Origin: a virus
Lineage: Duplodnaviria; Caudoviricetes
Virus record (IMG/VR): IMGVR_UViG_3300032280_000442
Span: 160,001 to 224,000 of that record
DNA length: 64,000 bases
Reading direction: 5' to 3' (one strand)
Part shown: one piece after another, positions 19,195 through 29,400 of the stretch
Layout of the letters: each line of letters opens with the position of its first letter
Position numbering within the stretch: the first letter of the stretch is position 1
Position numbers and translations under genes: made by a program
The notes under the pieces: model-generated
What the model was told of the DNA's origin: nothing
What the model saw: only the letters and a program-made list of their open reading frames with translations
Databases searched by the model: none

Positions 19195-22100
19195 TTAACA
19201 ACTTGTTCCATTTTTAGAACAAGGTTTTCCGTCCCAAACAATTTGAGTACCGGTGTATGGTTTAGAATAACAATTACAACAAATATCATTTTTAATTGCA
19301 TCCCACTCACCAACACCAATTATCTGACGATAATCTAACCCTTCATCCGGACAATCTAATGGCATAATAACTTTATGACGTACAAACGATATATCAGAAA
19401 ATGCGTTAATTTTAACAATAAAAGTACTTTTATAAGTACTCTCGTCACGAACCAGTTCTATAGCTTCAATAGCATTAGCATTAGTTATAAATGAACCTGT
19501 ATTGTTTTTATTAGTATTAAAAGTAAATGACGCAATTTCAACTAACGTTATTTGACCCGGAAGATATAATTTAGCCGGATATGATTGACTTAATATATTA
19601 TCACTAGTAACTACAAAATCACCACTTAAAGACCCATTACTATTTATTTTTAAATTTCTAAAGAAATAATCTCCAAGAGCATATGATGTTTCAAGAATAC
19701 TTTTATCCCCACTAGTTGTTGGTGGTGGTGTTGATGATGCCGGTGGATTTGCCGGTGGTGTTTGATTAGTATTGTTTCCACTTGCCGGATTGTATTCATT
19801 AATCGCCTTTTGAACATTATTTTCTATTGTTTTAATATCAGTAGAACTCATTGAGGTATAAACTGAATCCGGACTTATTCCCGCATCACCATTTAGTATA
19901 ATGAATTTAGTGATATCTGTTGCCGATATACTATTAATTGTTGCAACTCTATCTTTATATCTAGAAATTAAGAAATCAATATTTTGATTTAAACTAGTAA
20001 ATGTAACATATGGTGTGTTTGAATCACTACAATAATATTTCTTAGTTGTAAAGAAAGGTTCAACAGATGGTCCCCAATCTTGTAATAAATCCACACTACT
20101 GTAATTATTAAATTGAGATTGTAACATACCTGCTTGAGATGACCTTAGATACATTATAGAAAATACAACGTAACTTAGTTTTTGGTCAACTTGTTTTGAG
20201 GTAATGATATCAACAACTTCTTTATAAGTTGCACTAGTACTTAATTTATCATTAGTAACTGTAAACTTATCGTATTTATTCTGTTTTGCAACCATAGGTT
20301 TACAATTCTGACTATTACTTTGATTCACCGCATCTTGTTTTGTATTTTTTTCAGCTTTCTCATCAGTTTGTTTTTGAACACTAGTATTAGCAGTAGTCGC
20401 TGTAGTTGATTTAACCGCCTTTTCTTTCTCTTGTCTATCTTTTTTATTTTTTTCTTGAATTGATTTTAATAATGTTGTCTTTAACGATTGAAGATAATTA
20501 TCTATCTTAGGTAGAGACGCTGTTGGTTGTCTAATACCTTCAAACACAGTATCAAAATGTCCTGGTGTTATAGTATGGTTAACTTTTTGTATCATATATG
20601 GACCACTAAACATTGGAACGTGTCTTAAATTAAAATACATCGTTGGTTGTATCATAGCGTTACCCATCATAGTTACAGTACAAGCATAACTTCTATTTTT
20701 ATATAAATTATATAATGAATTATTTTGAGTGGCCCCACCTCTATTGTTTGCCTGATTAGCCATTTGATTTAACACTTCTAAAGATTCTGCGGTTGCTAAT
20801 CCAGGATTTTGAGCAACATTAAATCCTTGAAATATAGATTGGTTTTGAGGTCCAAAATCAACATTAAACCCGACAACTTTATTTGATTTATCCCAATCAT
20901 TTTTACCTATTTGATTTTCAACCAATGGATTATCAACACGTCTTAAATCAAAAGCATCATTTCGATATCTAAAATCAACATTTTCTTTAATATCAAGTTG
21001 TTCACTTGGTTTTCCAGCATAAAAACAAACCATCTTAGCGGATGAATTTCTAGTATCAACATTCATAAAAGTACCAAACAATGTGTTAGCAAACTCTAAA
21101 GTCCCCTCCGGTTTTGGTTTAGGGTTTTTTACCGCATCTTGAACATTATAAAAATTAACATATGAAGGTATATTCATAACCACAAAGTTATTTTCAACTA
21201 ATATTGTTTGAACATATGTTAACATTGTGGTTTTAACATTAATGTTTGTTAAATTATCTTTTAATTTTTCAACATCAACAAGGATTAAATTACCAATATC
21301 TCTACTCGCTCTATCCAATAATAATATGTCCTCAAATAATGTTTTTTGTTTAAAATCAAATCCGGAAATCCATTTATCGTTTGTTGCTTTAAATGATTCC
21401 CATAATTCAAGTTTAGTTTGTTTACTTTCCAAAACTGTTTTAGCTTCAGGTTGAGGGGTAAAATTAACATTAGGTAATGATTTTTGTAATTTAATCATAA
21501 GACTATTAATTACTCTGTCAGTAAACGAGTCCAAATTATCTAAATACCCATTCATTAATTTAACAAACTTTTGATAATTTAATGTATTATCTTTTAATTT
21601 TTGAGTTGCATAAATTTTAATAATTGGTGCTAACTTTTCAATATTATATACATCAAAAGCTACGTTACAATCAATAAAGAAGTCAGTAATATATGAACCA
21701 CCATCTTTATAAGATAATTCAGGTATCTCAGAAAAACCAACATATGTGTCAAGAGCCTTCCATTCTAATGGGTAATTATTAACAGAATTAATATATGTTG
21801 TTCCACTAGGTAATGCGTTTGGTGTATTATAATTATAATAATCCCACGTAATAGGAGTTTCAATTCTATGATTATTTGAAAATGTATAAAACAATTGTTT
21901 ATTAAACGAAGATGGATTACCTAATTTAAAATAAACATCGTAATTTAAAAATTGAGAGATTATATTACTTATACCCGTTAATTGTTTTGACTGAACATCA
22001 CTAACAAATTGATTATCATTGGTTGTTGTATTAGTAACTTTCATCATTGTTCTCATTAATGATTGAAAATTTTTAAATGATTTTTGAGTATCAGTTTCCG

Positions 22101-25100
22101 TTGAATTTTTATCCACATCGTAATCATAAACAGAAATCGTAAATTTTAAAAATTCTGATTCAAAATTATCTAAAGCATCCCTATCAAAAACTGAAAAAAT
22201 TTCACTCATTTTTGTATAATCAGTAGATACTCCATTAATTGAAAAATTCTCTTGAGCACTTTGACCCGCAAAAATTTGTTTTAAATAACGAATAGGGTCT
22301 GGTTTAACAACCTTACCATTATCAAAATACCCATAATTAGGTGCCGTCCAAAATAATCTAACAGACCCATTATACATAGATGTATTACCCGTAACTTGAT
22401 AAACTATATTACCTGAGTTATCAAAACACTCATTCTTAGTTTGATTTATTAACCCTCCGTGAGAAGGTACCACATAAGAATATTGTCCGTAATCTGTGGT
22501 GAGTGAAACCGACCAGGGAATTACAGATATAGTTTTACTATTTCCGGTAGTTGTACCAACAACATTATTAATAATCGCTTCCGGTACACTATTTAACTTA
22601 ACACCTTTACTAAAACCATTTTGAATGTCCGAACTTGTATAATCAGTATAAACATTATATCCTTGATAAAAGACACTAAAGTCATTTATCAATTTAGGGT
22701 AAAAACCGGTATTAATTATTGTTTGAATACTAGTTGCACCTATTGGATATGCCGGTATCACATCGACATTTTCTAACACCATAGTAGTTGCAGATGTTTG
22801 TCCCGGAATTGTAAAATTATAAACAGTCGATGTTTTACCACTAACCGGGTCATAATTAGTTACGTAATCAAAATCTTTCCAACAATTATTTAATATATCT
22901 ACATTAGTATTAACATATGTTTTATATCGATACCAAATAGACCCTATTTTTAGTACCCACGCATATGGGACTTTATGTATAGCCGCAAATTTTTTCATAG
23001 ACGCAAAAATGTAATCTAAATTTTCGTCAGAATAATTTGATTGGTTACCATTGTATGTTTTATATTTCTCTCTTAATGTGGATAACGGTAAACTATTAAT
23101 AAACAAATACGCCGAACTAACATAAGGATTTTTAACACTATTTTTATAATTTTCAACACCTTCCTGAATTGAGTTAATAAAATATGGTGTATTTAAAATT
23201 GATGTGGTCTGATAATTACTAACAAGTCCGGTATAATTTAAATATTTAACATCACCCTCTGTAGGTAATTGATTTGTATATGTTCTAGTACTATAAAAGT
23301 CTCTCAAATCATCATTAATAATTGTTGGCATTACAACATTTTTATACACAAAATTAGTAATTGGTTTTTTAACGTCTTCAGATTGTGAATCACTAAAGTT
23401 AGTAATTACCTTTTTAGTTGGATTATATAATAATGTTTTAGTAGTATTAAACGCCAATTTTTCATCGGTAGCAACCCCATTGGCCAACCCTGTTTGAACC
23501 CAATTTTTATCAGTAAAAGGATAAGTGTCAGTAAAATCATATTTGTTTGAGGTAGTTGAATTTGAAACATAATCTATAATGTCTTTTTCACTTGTCACCG
23601 AAACCAATGGTTGTGCTTTAGAACTATTTATAGTTTCACTAGAAATAAATTCAAATGAAGCATTTTCAACAATATTTTTAATATATGGTGTGTTAAAAAT
23701 TCCCCTTATGTAATTTTGCCAACTAATAGAAACCCCTTCATTTGAAATATGTTTTAGCACATTTTCAAAATTAGCAGAGGTAAGATTATACTCTTTTAAA
23801 GTTTTAATTAATTCAACATCACTATTATCAGATACACTAATATTAATATTATTACTTTCACCCTCGGCAATTACATTTGAAATTTTATCAGCATCCGATG
23901 TTAAATTATTAACTCTATCTAATTTAGTATAATTTGAGGTTAGTAGGGTTCTTTCATAAATTTCATACAGATATTTACTAACAACTTTATTTGCGTAAAC
24001 ATCATCACTTATAGGAAATTCAATAGCACTTGAAGATACTCTATTTGGTTCTGTACCAGGATTTGATGTTTTAGTTGGTGGAGGTGGTGGTGGAGTTTTC
24101 TGAGTCATACCTTTAATGAATTCTTCAACAAACTCAATTTCAGGCCAAACATCATATAAATAACCTTTAGTATCACCAATAATATCACTATCACCCGGAT
24201 ATCTTAATTCGTATTTCTCTTGACCATTTTCACCCGGAGTTTCTTTAATAACTTGAGGCCAAGGATAAACCGGTTGATTTTTATCATCACCTGACTCTTT
24301 ACTGTCCGCGCTAGCATTTGCAATCTGTTTATTAAAAATGACACCTTTTCTAATTTTAGAATCTCTTTGGTCCCAAGCTTTAGTATGAACATCGTCTAAT
24401 AAACGTAAGAATGCCTCACCATTAGCAAAAACAACAGCTAAGACATTTCTAATTGTAGGGACAAATCCAATACCGTTATCTTTATTTTCTAATAATGATG
24501 CTAAGGCCTTTGTTAATTCGTCTTCAATTTTATCTCTCCAAGTTTTTAAATCTTTATTCATTCTATCGGTTAAATCGATAAATGAACCTGTACCTTCAAA
24601 TACAAAGTAATTTGATACAATTTGTTTAGCACCATTTTTAAGTGTTACAGTAGTATTATCAAATATATTTGAGTTTTGTAATTCAGCTTGAAATTTTGTT
24701 AAATCTTCAGGCGTAGGTTGGCTGTTTTTTTTCTGTAATTTATAAGTTTCAGTTAAATCAATATCACTCGGATTAATATTAATAACAAATACTCCCTGAG
24801 TTTCATATTTAATACTATTAGGTATTGAACATTTAGTTACTTTACCATTAATAGTGTAACTACCTTTACCATTAACATTACCACAAGTAACATTCTCATT
24901 AAGTAATTTATTATACTTATCAATAATACCTTTTAATTTTGAAATTGCCTCACTTTTCTTTTGAGCGTCTAAACCTTTTTTAAAAGTATAAATTTTTTGA
25001 CCAGTTTTGTTTTTAATATAATAATTCTCAGTATCCATAAATTCATTGAACCAAGATGTTTTTACATTATAAAACACTTCTTTTTGATAGTTAAATAAAT

Positions 25101-26121
25101 ATGTGCCGTATGTTTCTAAATTAGTTAATGGGTCTAAGTTTTGTTTTATAAAAGAATCAAGAATATTTTTAATAAAATTTTCAAGTCTATCTCTCATTTG
25201 CATTAAAGTAATTTCAGGAAAATCATCAGGTATCAAACCTTTTGATTTATATTCACTATACATTTCTCTAATTTTTTGATAACCTCGTTCAACCACAACA
25301 TTTTCTGTTTGTGTTGTTTTACTTGGACCTCCACTAGTTTTACTAATATTAAATCTTGATTGATACATATGTGGGGTTGCTAATAAAGCACCCATAGTTA
25401 TATCAGTTAATACCGTATATTTGTATGTGTAAAATTTTAAATCAACCGTAAAATTAGAAGTTTCCGCATTATAAGTTGTTGTGAAATTTTGTAACATTAA
25501 AGCCAATTTAACCGCTTTACCAAAATATCCTTTAATTGTTAAATAAAATAATGGATATGGTAAATTAAAAAAGGCTGCGTATGGTGAATTATCTCCCGCT
25601 TCAAATAATGCTCGTCCTTTAATATCTACTAACTTAATATCAATCGTTGGCATAAAATCCAATCCTTGTCTAATATTAATTGATGTCACCCCCAATAAAC
25701 CGTTATCGGTTGAACCAGGTTTACCCCCTGAACTAATAGTTTGTTTAATATAAAAATCATCACTATTATTTGGATTAGTGACTCCTTGAAACGTTGGTTG
25801 ATTAACACCCTCACCTTTGATAGCACCTTTACCGGTTATCTCATCAGTATACGAATTATCCAAATAGGCTTTATCACCCGGTTTTAAAAAATTAATTTTA
25901 GCAATAGATACAGTTCTAATTGAATCGTTGTTTCCAACTCCAATAGCTAATTTAGTTCTTGGTAATACACTACACTCAAGATTAGCATACATTACTAAAT
26001 CTTCTTGACTAACATATCTATCCAATACTTTATCATTACTATCAATAACTTTGTTTGGGTCAATAATTGTAATATTATTGTAGTCAAATTCGACCAATAT
26101 ATTTTCGGGTTTACCTACCAT
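19195..26121 (-). CDS. Large baseplate hub protein (gp27 / late-control D-like) with extensions
   Basis: CTVTMMGNAMIQPTMYFNL...GPYMIQKVNHTITPGHFDTVFEGIR hub-like motif; directly follows the LysM/gp53-like gene. Confidence 0.7.
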   Translation of the reverse strand: MVGKPENILVEFDYNNITIIDPNKVIDSNDKVLDRYVSQEDLVMYANLECSVLPRTKLAIGVGNNDSIRTVSIAKINFLKPGDKAYLDNSYTDEITGKGAIKGEGVNQPTFQGVTNPNNSDDFYIKQTISSGGKPGSTDNGLLGVTSINIRQGLDFMPTIDIKLVDIKGRALFEAGDNSPYAAFFNLPYPLFYLTIKGYFGKAVKLALMLQNFTTTYNAETSNFTVDLKFYTYKYTVLTDITMGALLATPHMYQSRFNISKTSGGPSKTTQTENVVVERGYQKIREMYSEYKSKGLIPDDFPEITLMQMRDRLENFIKNILDSFIKQNLDPLTNLETYGTYLFNYQKEVFYNVKTSWFNEFMDTENYYIKNKTGQKIYTFKKGLDAQKKSEAISKLKGIIDKYNKLLNENVTCGNVNGKGSYTINGKVTKCSIPNSIKYETQGVFVININPSDIDLTETYKLQKKNSQPTPEDLTKFQAELQNSNIFDNTTVTLKNGAKQIVSNYFVFEGTGSFIDLTDRMNKDLKTWRDKIEDELTKALASLLENKDNGIGFVPTIRNVLAVVFANGEAFLRLLDDVHTKAWDQRDSKIRKGVIFNKQIANASADSKESGDDKNQPVYPWPQVIKETPGENGQEKYELRYPGDSDIIGDTKGYLYDVWPEIEFVEEFIKGMTQKTPPPPPPTKTSNPGTEPNRVSSSAIEFPISDDVYANKVVSKYLYEIYERTLLTSNYTKLDRVNNLTSDADKISNVIAEGESNNINISVSDNSDVELIKTLKEYNLTSANFENVLKHISNEGVSISWQNYIRGIFNTPYIKNIVENASFEFISSETINSSKAQPLVSVTSEKDIIDYVSNSTTSNKYDFTDTYPFTDKNWVQTGLANGVATDEKLAFNTTKTLLYNPTKKVITNFSDSQSEDVKKPITNFVYKNVVMPTIINDDLRDFYSTRTYTNQLPTEGDVKYLNYTGLVSNYQTTSILNTPYFINSIQEGVENYKNSVKNPYVSSAYLFINSLPLSTLREKYKTYNGNQSNYSDENLDYIFASMKKFAAIHKVPYAWVLKIGSIWYRYKTYVNTNVDILNNCWKDFDYVTNYDPVSGKTSTVYNFTIPGQTSATTMVLENVDVIPAYPIGATSIQTIINTGFYPKLINDFSVFYQGYNVYTDYTSSDIQNGFSKGVKLNSVPEAIINNVVGTTTGNSKTISVIPWSVSLTTDYGQYSYVVPSHGGLINQTKNECFDNSGNIVYQVTGNTSMYNGSVRLFWTAPNYGYFDNGKVVKPDPIRYLKQIFAGQSAQENFSINGVSTDYTKMSEIFSVFDRDALDNFESEFLKFTISVYDYDVDKNSTETDTQKSFKNFQSLMRTMMKVTNTTTNDNQFVSDVQSKQLTGISNIISQFLNYDVYFKLGNPSSFNKQLFYTFSNNHRIETPITWDYYNYNTPNALPSGTTYINSVNNYPLEWKALDTYVGFSEIPELSYKDGGSYITDFFIDCNVAFDVYNIEKLAPIIKIYATQKLKDNTLNYQKFVKLMNGYLDNLDSFTDRVINSLMIKLQKSLPNVNFTPQPEAKTVLESKQTKLELWESFKATNDKWISGFDFKQKTLFEDILLLDRASRDIGNLILVDVEKLKDNLTNINVKTTMLTYVQTILVENNFVVMNIPSYVNFYNVQDAVKNPKPKPEGTLEFANTLFGTFMNVDTRNSSAKMVCFYAGKPSEQLDIKENVDFRYRNDAFDLRRVDNPLVENQIGKNDWDKSNKVVGFNVDFGPQNQSIFQGFNVAQNPGLATAESLEVLNQMANQANNRGGATQNNSLYNLYKNRSYACTVTMMGNAMIQPTMYFNLRHVPMFSGPYMIQKVNHTITPGHFDTVFEGIRQPTASLPKIDNYLQSLKTTLLKSIQEKNKKDRQEKEKAVKSTTATTANTSVQKQTDEKAEKNTKQDAVNQSNSQNCKPMVAKQNKYDKFTVTNDKLSTSATYKEVVDIITSKQVDQKLSYVVFSIMYLRSSQAGMLQSQFNNYSSVDLLQDWGPSVEPFFTTKKYYCSDSNTPYVTFTSLNQNIDFLISRYKDRVATINSISATDITKFIILNGDAGISPDSVYTSMSSTDIKTIENNVQKAINEYNPASGNNTNQTPPANPPASSTPPPTTSGDKSILETSYALGDYFFRNLKINSNGSLSGDFVVTSDNILSQSYPAKLYLPGQITLVEIASFTFNTNKNNTGSFITNANAIEAIELVRDESTYKSTFIVKINAFSDISFVRHKVIMPLDCPDEGLDYRQIIGVGEWDAIKNDICCNCYSKPYTGTQIVWDGKPCSKNGTSC

Positions 26122-26437
26122 AATAATAGAAATGATTATCTAATTGAGATTTATATTCTTGTAAAGATGATACTAAAGGAAATGGAATTGTCAATATACC
26201 ACCATCCGGTATAGACCACTCATTACCCCCAAAAATTGGATTTGCCGCAAGTATTAACCACCCAAAAGTAGGTGTTCCATAGTATTGTTGAGATATCTTA
26301 TCTAATCTAGATTGACCAATCTTGTAAATATATCTTTTATCTGAAGATTTACTAGAAATTGATATATACGGAACAACGGTTTGTTCCCCATTTAATAAAA
26401 ATTGATTATATCGATTATAATTTTGTCTATTATCCAT
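26111..26437 (-). CDS. LysM-type baseplate wedge protein (T4 gp53 / P2 X-like)
   Basis: RLDKISQQYYGTPTFGWLILAANP...GGILTIP. Confidence 0.85.
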   Translation of the reverse strand: MDNRQNYNRYNQFLLNGEQTVVPYISISSKSSDKRYIYKIGQSRLDKISQQYYGTPTFGWLILAANPIFGGNEWSIPDGGILTIPFPLVSSLQEYKSQLDNHFYYYGR

Positions 26438-26440
26438 TTT

Positions 26441-29400
26441 TTAATTAAATTGAGTTTTATCAGTCCAAGTTGTTTTATCACCACCATTATTACCATTATA
26501 TAGTAAAGTTAAATTTTTAATTTGTTGGTCATTCATTGAAGATGGTTCTGTAGTATAATTAAATTTACGTATTTTACCTTTTTTATAAAGGTTTTCAACC
26601 ACAAGATAATTTCTATATTTTTCACTTTTTTTAAGTGTTTTATAATATTTTTCTTCAGCATCTAATTCATCTTTAACTTTATCTCTAAAATTATTAACTA
26701 TTTTATTAAATTTTTTACTTAGATTTGGTGTTGATTTGTCTAACTCATTAGTGACTATTGTTGATTTAAACGTGTTAAATTTATCACTATTATTGAATAC
26801 TTGAGCCATAATCATAAAAAATCTTTTATCTGTAATATCACTAATTTCAGTTGTGAATGGGTTAAAATCACCAGGACTATCATAGTCATTATATATTACA
26901 CCTTCATCAATTAAGAATTGATTGAATGTTTGAAAATCTGTAGAAACTTTTTCATAATCTCTCCACAATTCTTCATATGTATTTGCGGGTATTGGGAAAC
27001 TTGAACTATCAGTTTCCGTTGTTGCCGAAATGTTATATATTTTTGATTTTGCATCAACAAAAATACCGTCCGATAATGTTGTTACAAAATTAATTTTTCT
27101 GAATACTTGAACCATATCAACTTGTTGTTGAACGACATTACTAATAATACTATTTACACCTAAACTAAAATCTGCTTGATAATCAGTTAAATATTTTTTT
27201 AGATTTGTTTTAACACTTCTAAGAGTTGAGTCGTTAAAATTATCCGCAATTAATCCTAAAATAATAAAATTAGTATCATTATCCACATCATTAATTGTCT
27301 CGGTAAATAAATCATCAATTCTAGATTCAAAAACAGATTTCCCAAAAATTTTGACCGTAGCGGGAACAGGTAAGTTTGTAGTATTAAAGTTAAATAAACC
27401 ATCCGGATATTGTCTTTCTTTTGAAATTAATTGCCAAATACCGTCATTATATGATTTCGACATACTTTCCGCCTGATTTATAATATTAGTATAATAATCT
27501 TTAGTTACATCCAATAAACTATCCATAATTTTTGTATAGGTTATATCACCTGTTTGACCACTAGTACCATTAACAGTTGTTTGAATCTGACCTATAGTCT
27601 CTCCCGCAGGATTTGTTTGTTGATTATCAACCGTTGTTTGTTGAGGTTGTTCATCAATTAAAGATTGGAAATATTGCTTATCTAATTTCTTCCAACTATC
27701 ATCTGTTGCCGTAGCTCTTTCATCGTAAATTTCCGTATTTGCATAATAGTTAAAAGATAACGCGTTTTGTAATTGTTCAACAGGTTTTTCAAGACCCATA
27801 CCACCAATCATATCAAAATTCATTGTTACGTTAGCAATCATTGGTTGTATACCAATACCTTCAGGATTCATATCAAATACTAATGGTTCATAACTAAATG
27901 AAACCGCTCTAGGTATTATTTTACAATGATAAAAATCACCTATTCTTAAAACTAACACAGGAGGAGCACCAAATGAGGTGTTTAACGCATCATTAGCAAC
28001 TATTTGACCTTTATCACCAATAACCGGAATTGTTTCACCAGGTCTAACACATTGATTTAAGAATGTTAAACGAGAGTTTAATCCTTCAGGTGTAATAGAG
28101 TGAAAAGCAGGGTTAAAATATTTAATTTTTTCCTGTATTGAGTCATATAACATTGGGACCTCTTTTTTAACCACATCAAAATAATCACATTCAGAAAGTA
28201 ATCTTCTTAAGATTAATTTACTAATACCTTCTTTAATTGTTTTTTCAGTTCTAAAAGTCGGTACAGGTTTAGGTTTTTGTTCTGTTGATGTTGTTGTTGT
28301 TTTTTGGTCAATAATTGGTTTTTCTACAGGTACAACCGGTTTATCTTGAGGTATTGCTGTCACAGTTATATCTGTAATAACAACTCTTCTACAAGCCATT
28401 GCCGATACGGAATACCATTGAGAATCTTTAGTTACTTTACCGTTTTTATCTTTAATATCTTCAGTACAATTAATCGCACCACCAAAACCATTTTTTGATG
28501 ACTTAGGTGTAGCAGTATCATCTTCACCAAGAGTATCAATATTAGGAAATGTTAAAGTTTTATCTTCAGTTATAAATTTACCTAATTTAGTTGTTTTAAA
28601 ATATTCGATAACTGAATTAGCTCTTCTTTTTGATAACGTAACATTATACGTTTTATTAGCTGGTGCTGATGCAGCAGCTCTTAACGACACTTTAATTATC
28701 CCCGTTTTCTCACTTAATATTTTAAAAGCATCCTCAACAAACCCTGTATTTATATAATTAAAATTATCAATAACAACATTTTCAAAAAATTGTTTAACAT
28801 TAAGATTTGTACTACCTGACGCAAATGTTTTACTTGAAATTGCAACATATTGGTCTTGATTCATACTGTAGGTGTAGTTATCATAATCAGCCTTATATGT
28901 TGAATTAGGAATTGGATTTGTTCGATTACTAGGACCCGGAATATCATTATCAAAATAAAACCCAAAATTATTATATTTTGAATCTAAATCACAAGAAGGT
29001 TCAGGGTTTGTTTGAGGGGTACTATTTCCAGCAGTTGTTTCAGTTCCAACAGATGCTGCACCTACCGCACTTTCTATAACCGTTTTAGCAGTTTCTTTAT
29101 CTAAATTAGGGTTGTTTAATATTTGTTGATAAGTGTACAAATCTTTAGTTGGAACCGTATTAAATTTCTTAGCCAACTCATAGATATCATACTTAACACA
29201 TCCCGCAAAAAATGAATCAATTATAGAATTTATTCTTTCTTTATTTTGTCCTTTTAATTGTTTTTCAACAAGAACATTCATAACAGAAGGATGGTCAACA
29301 ATAATTTTCCAACTTAATGTTCCGGTTCTTTGAGTATCCTTATACGTATATATTGGTTCAGGTCTTCCTAAGAATGTTGTTGGAGTCCAATTCGCAGTAC

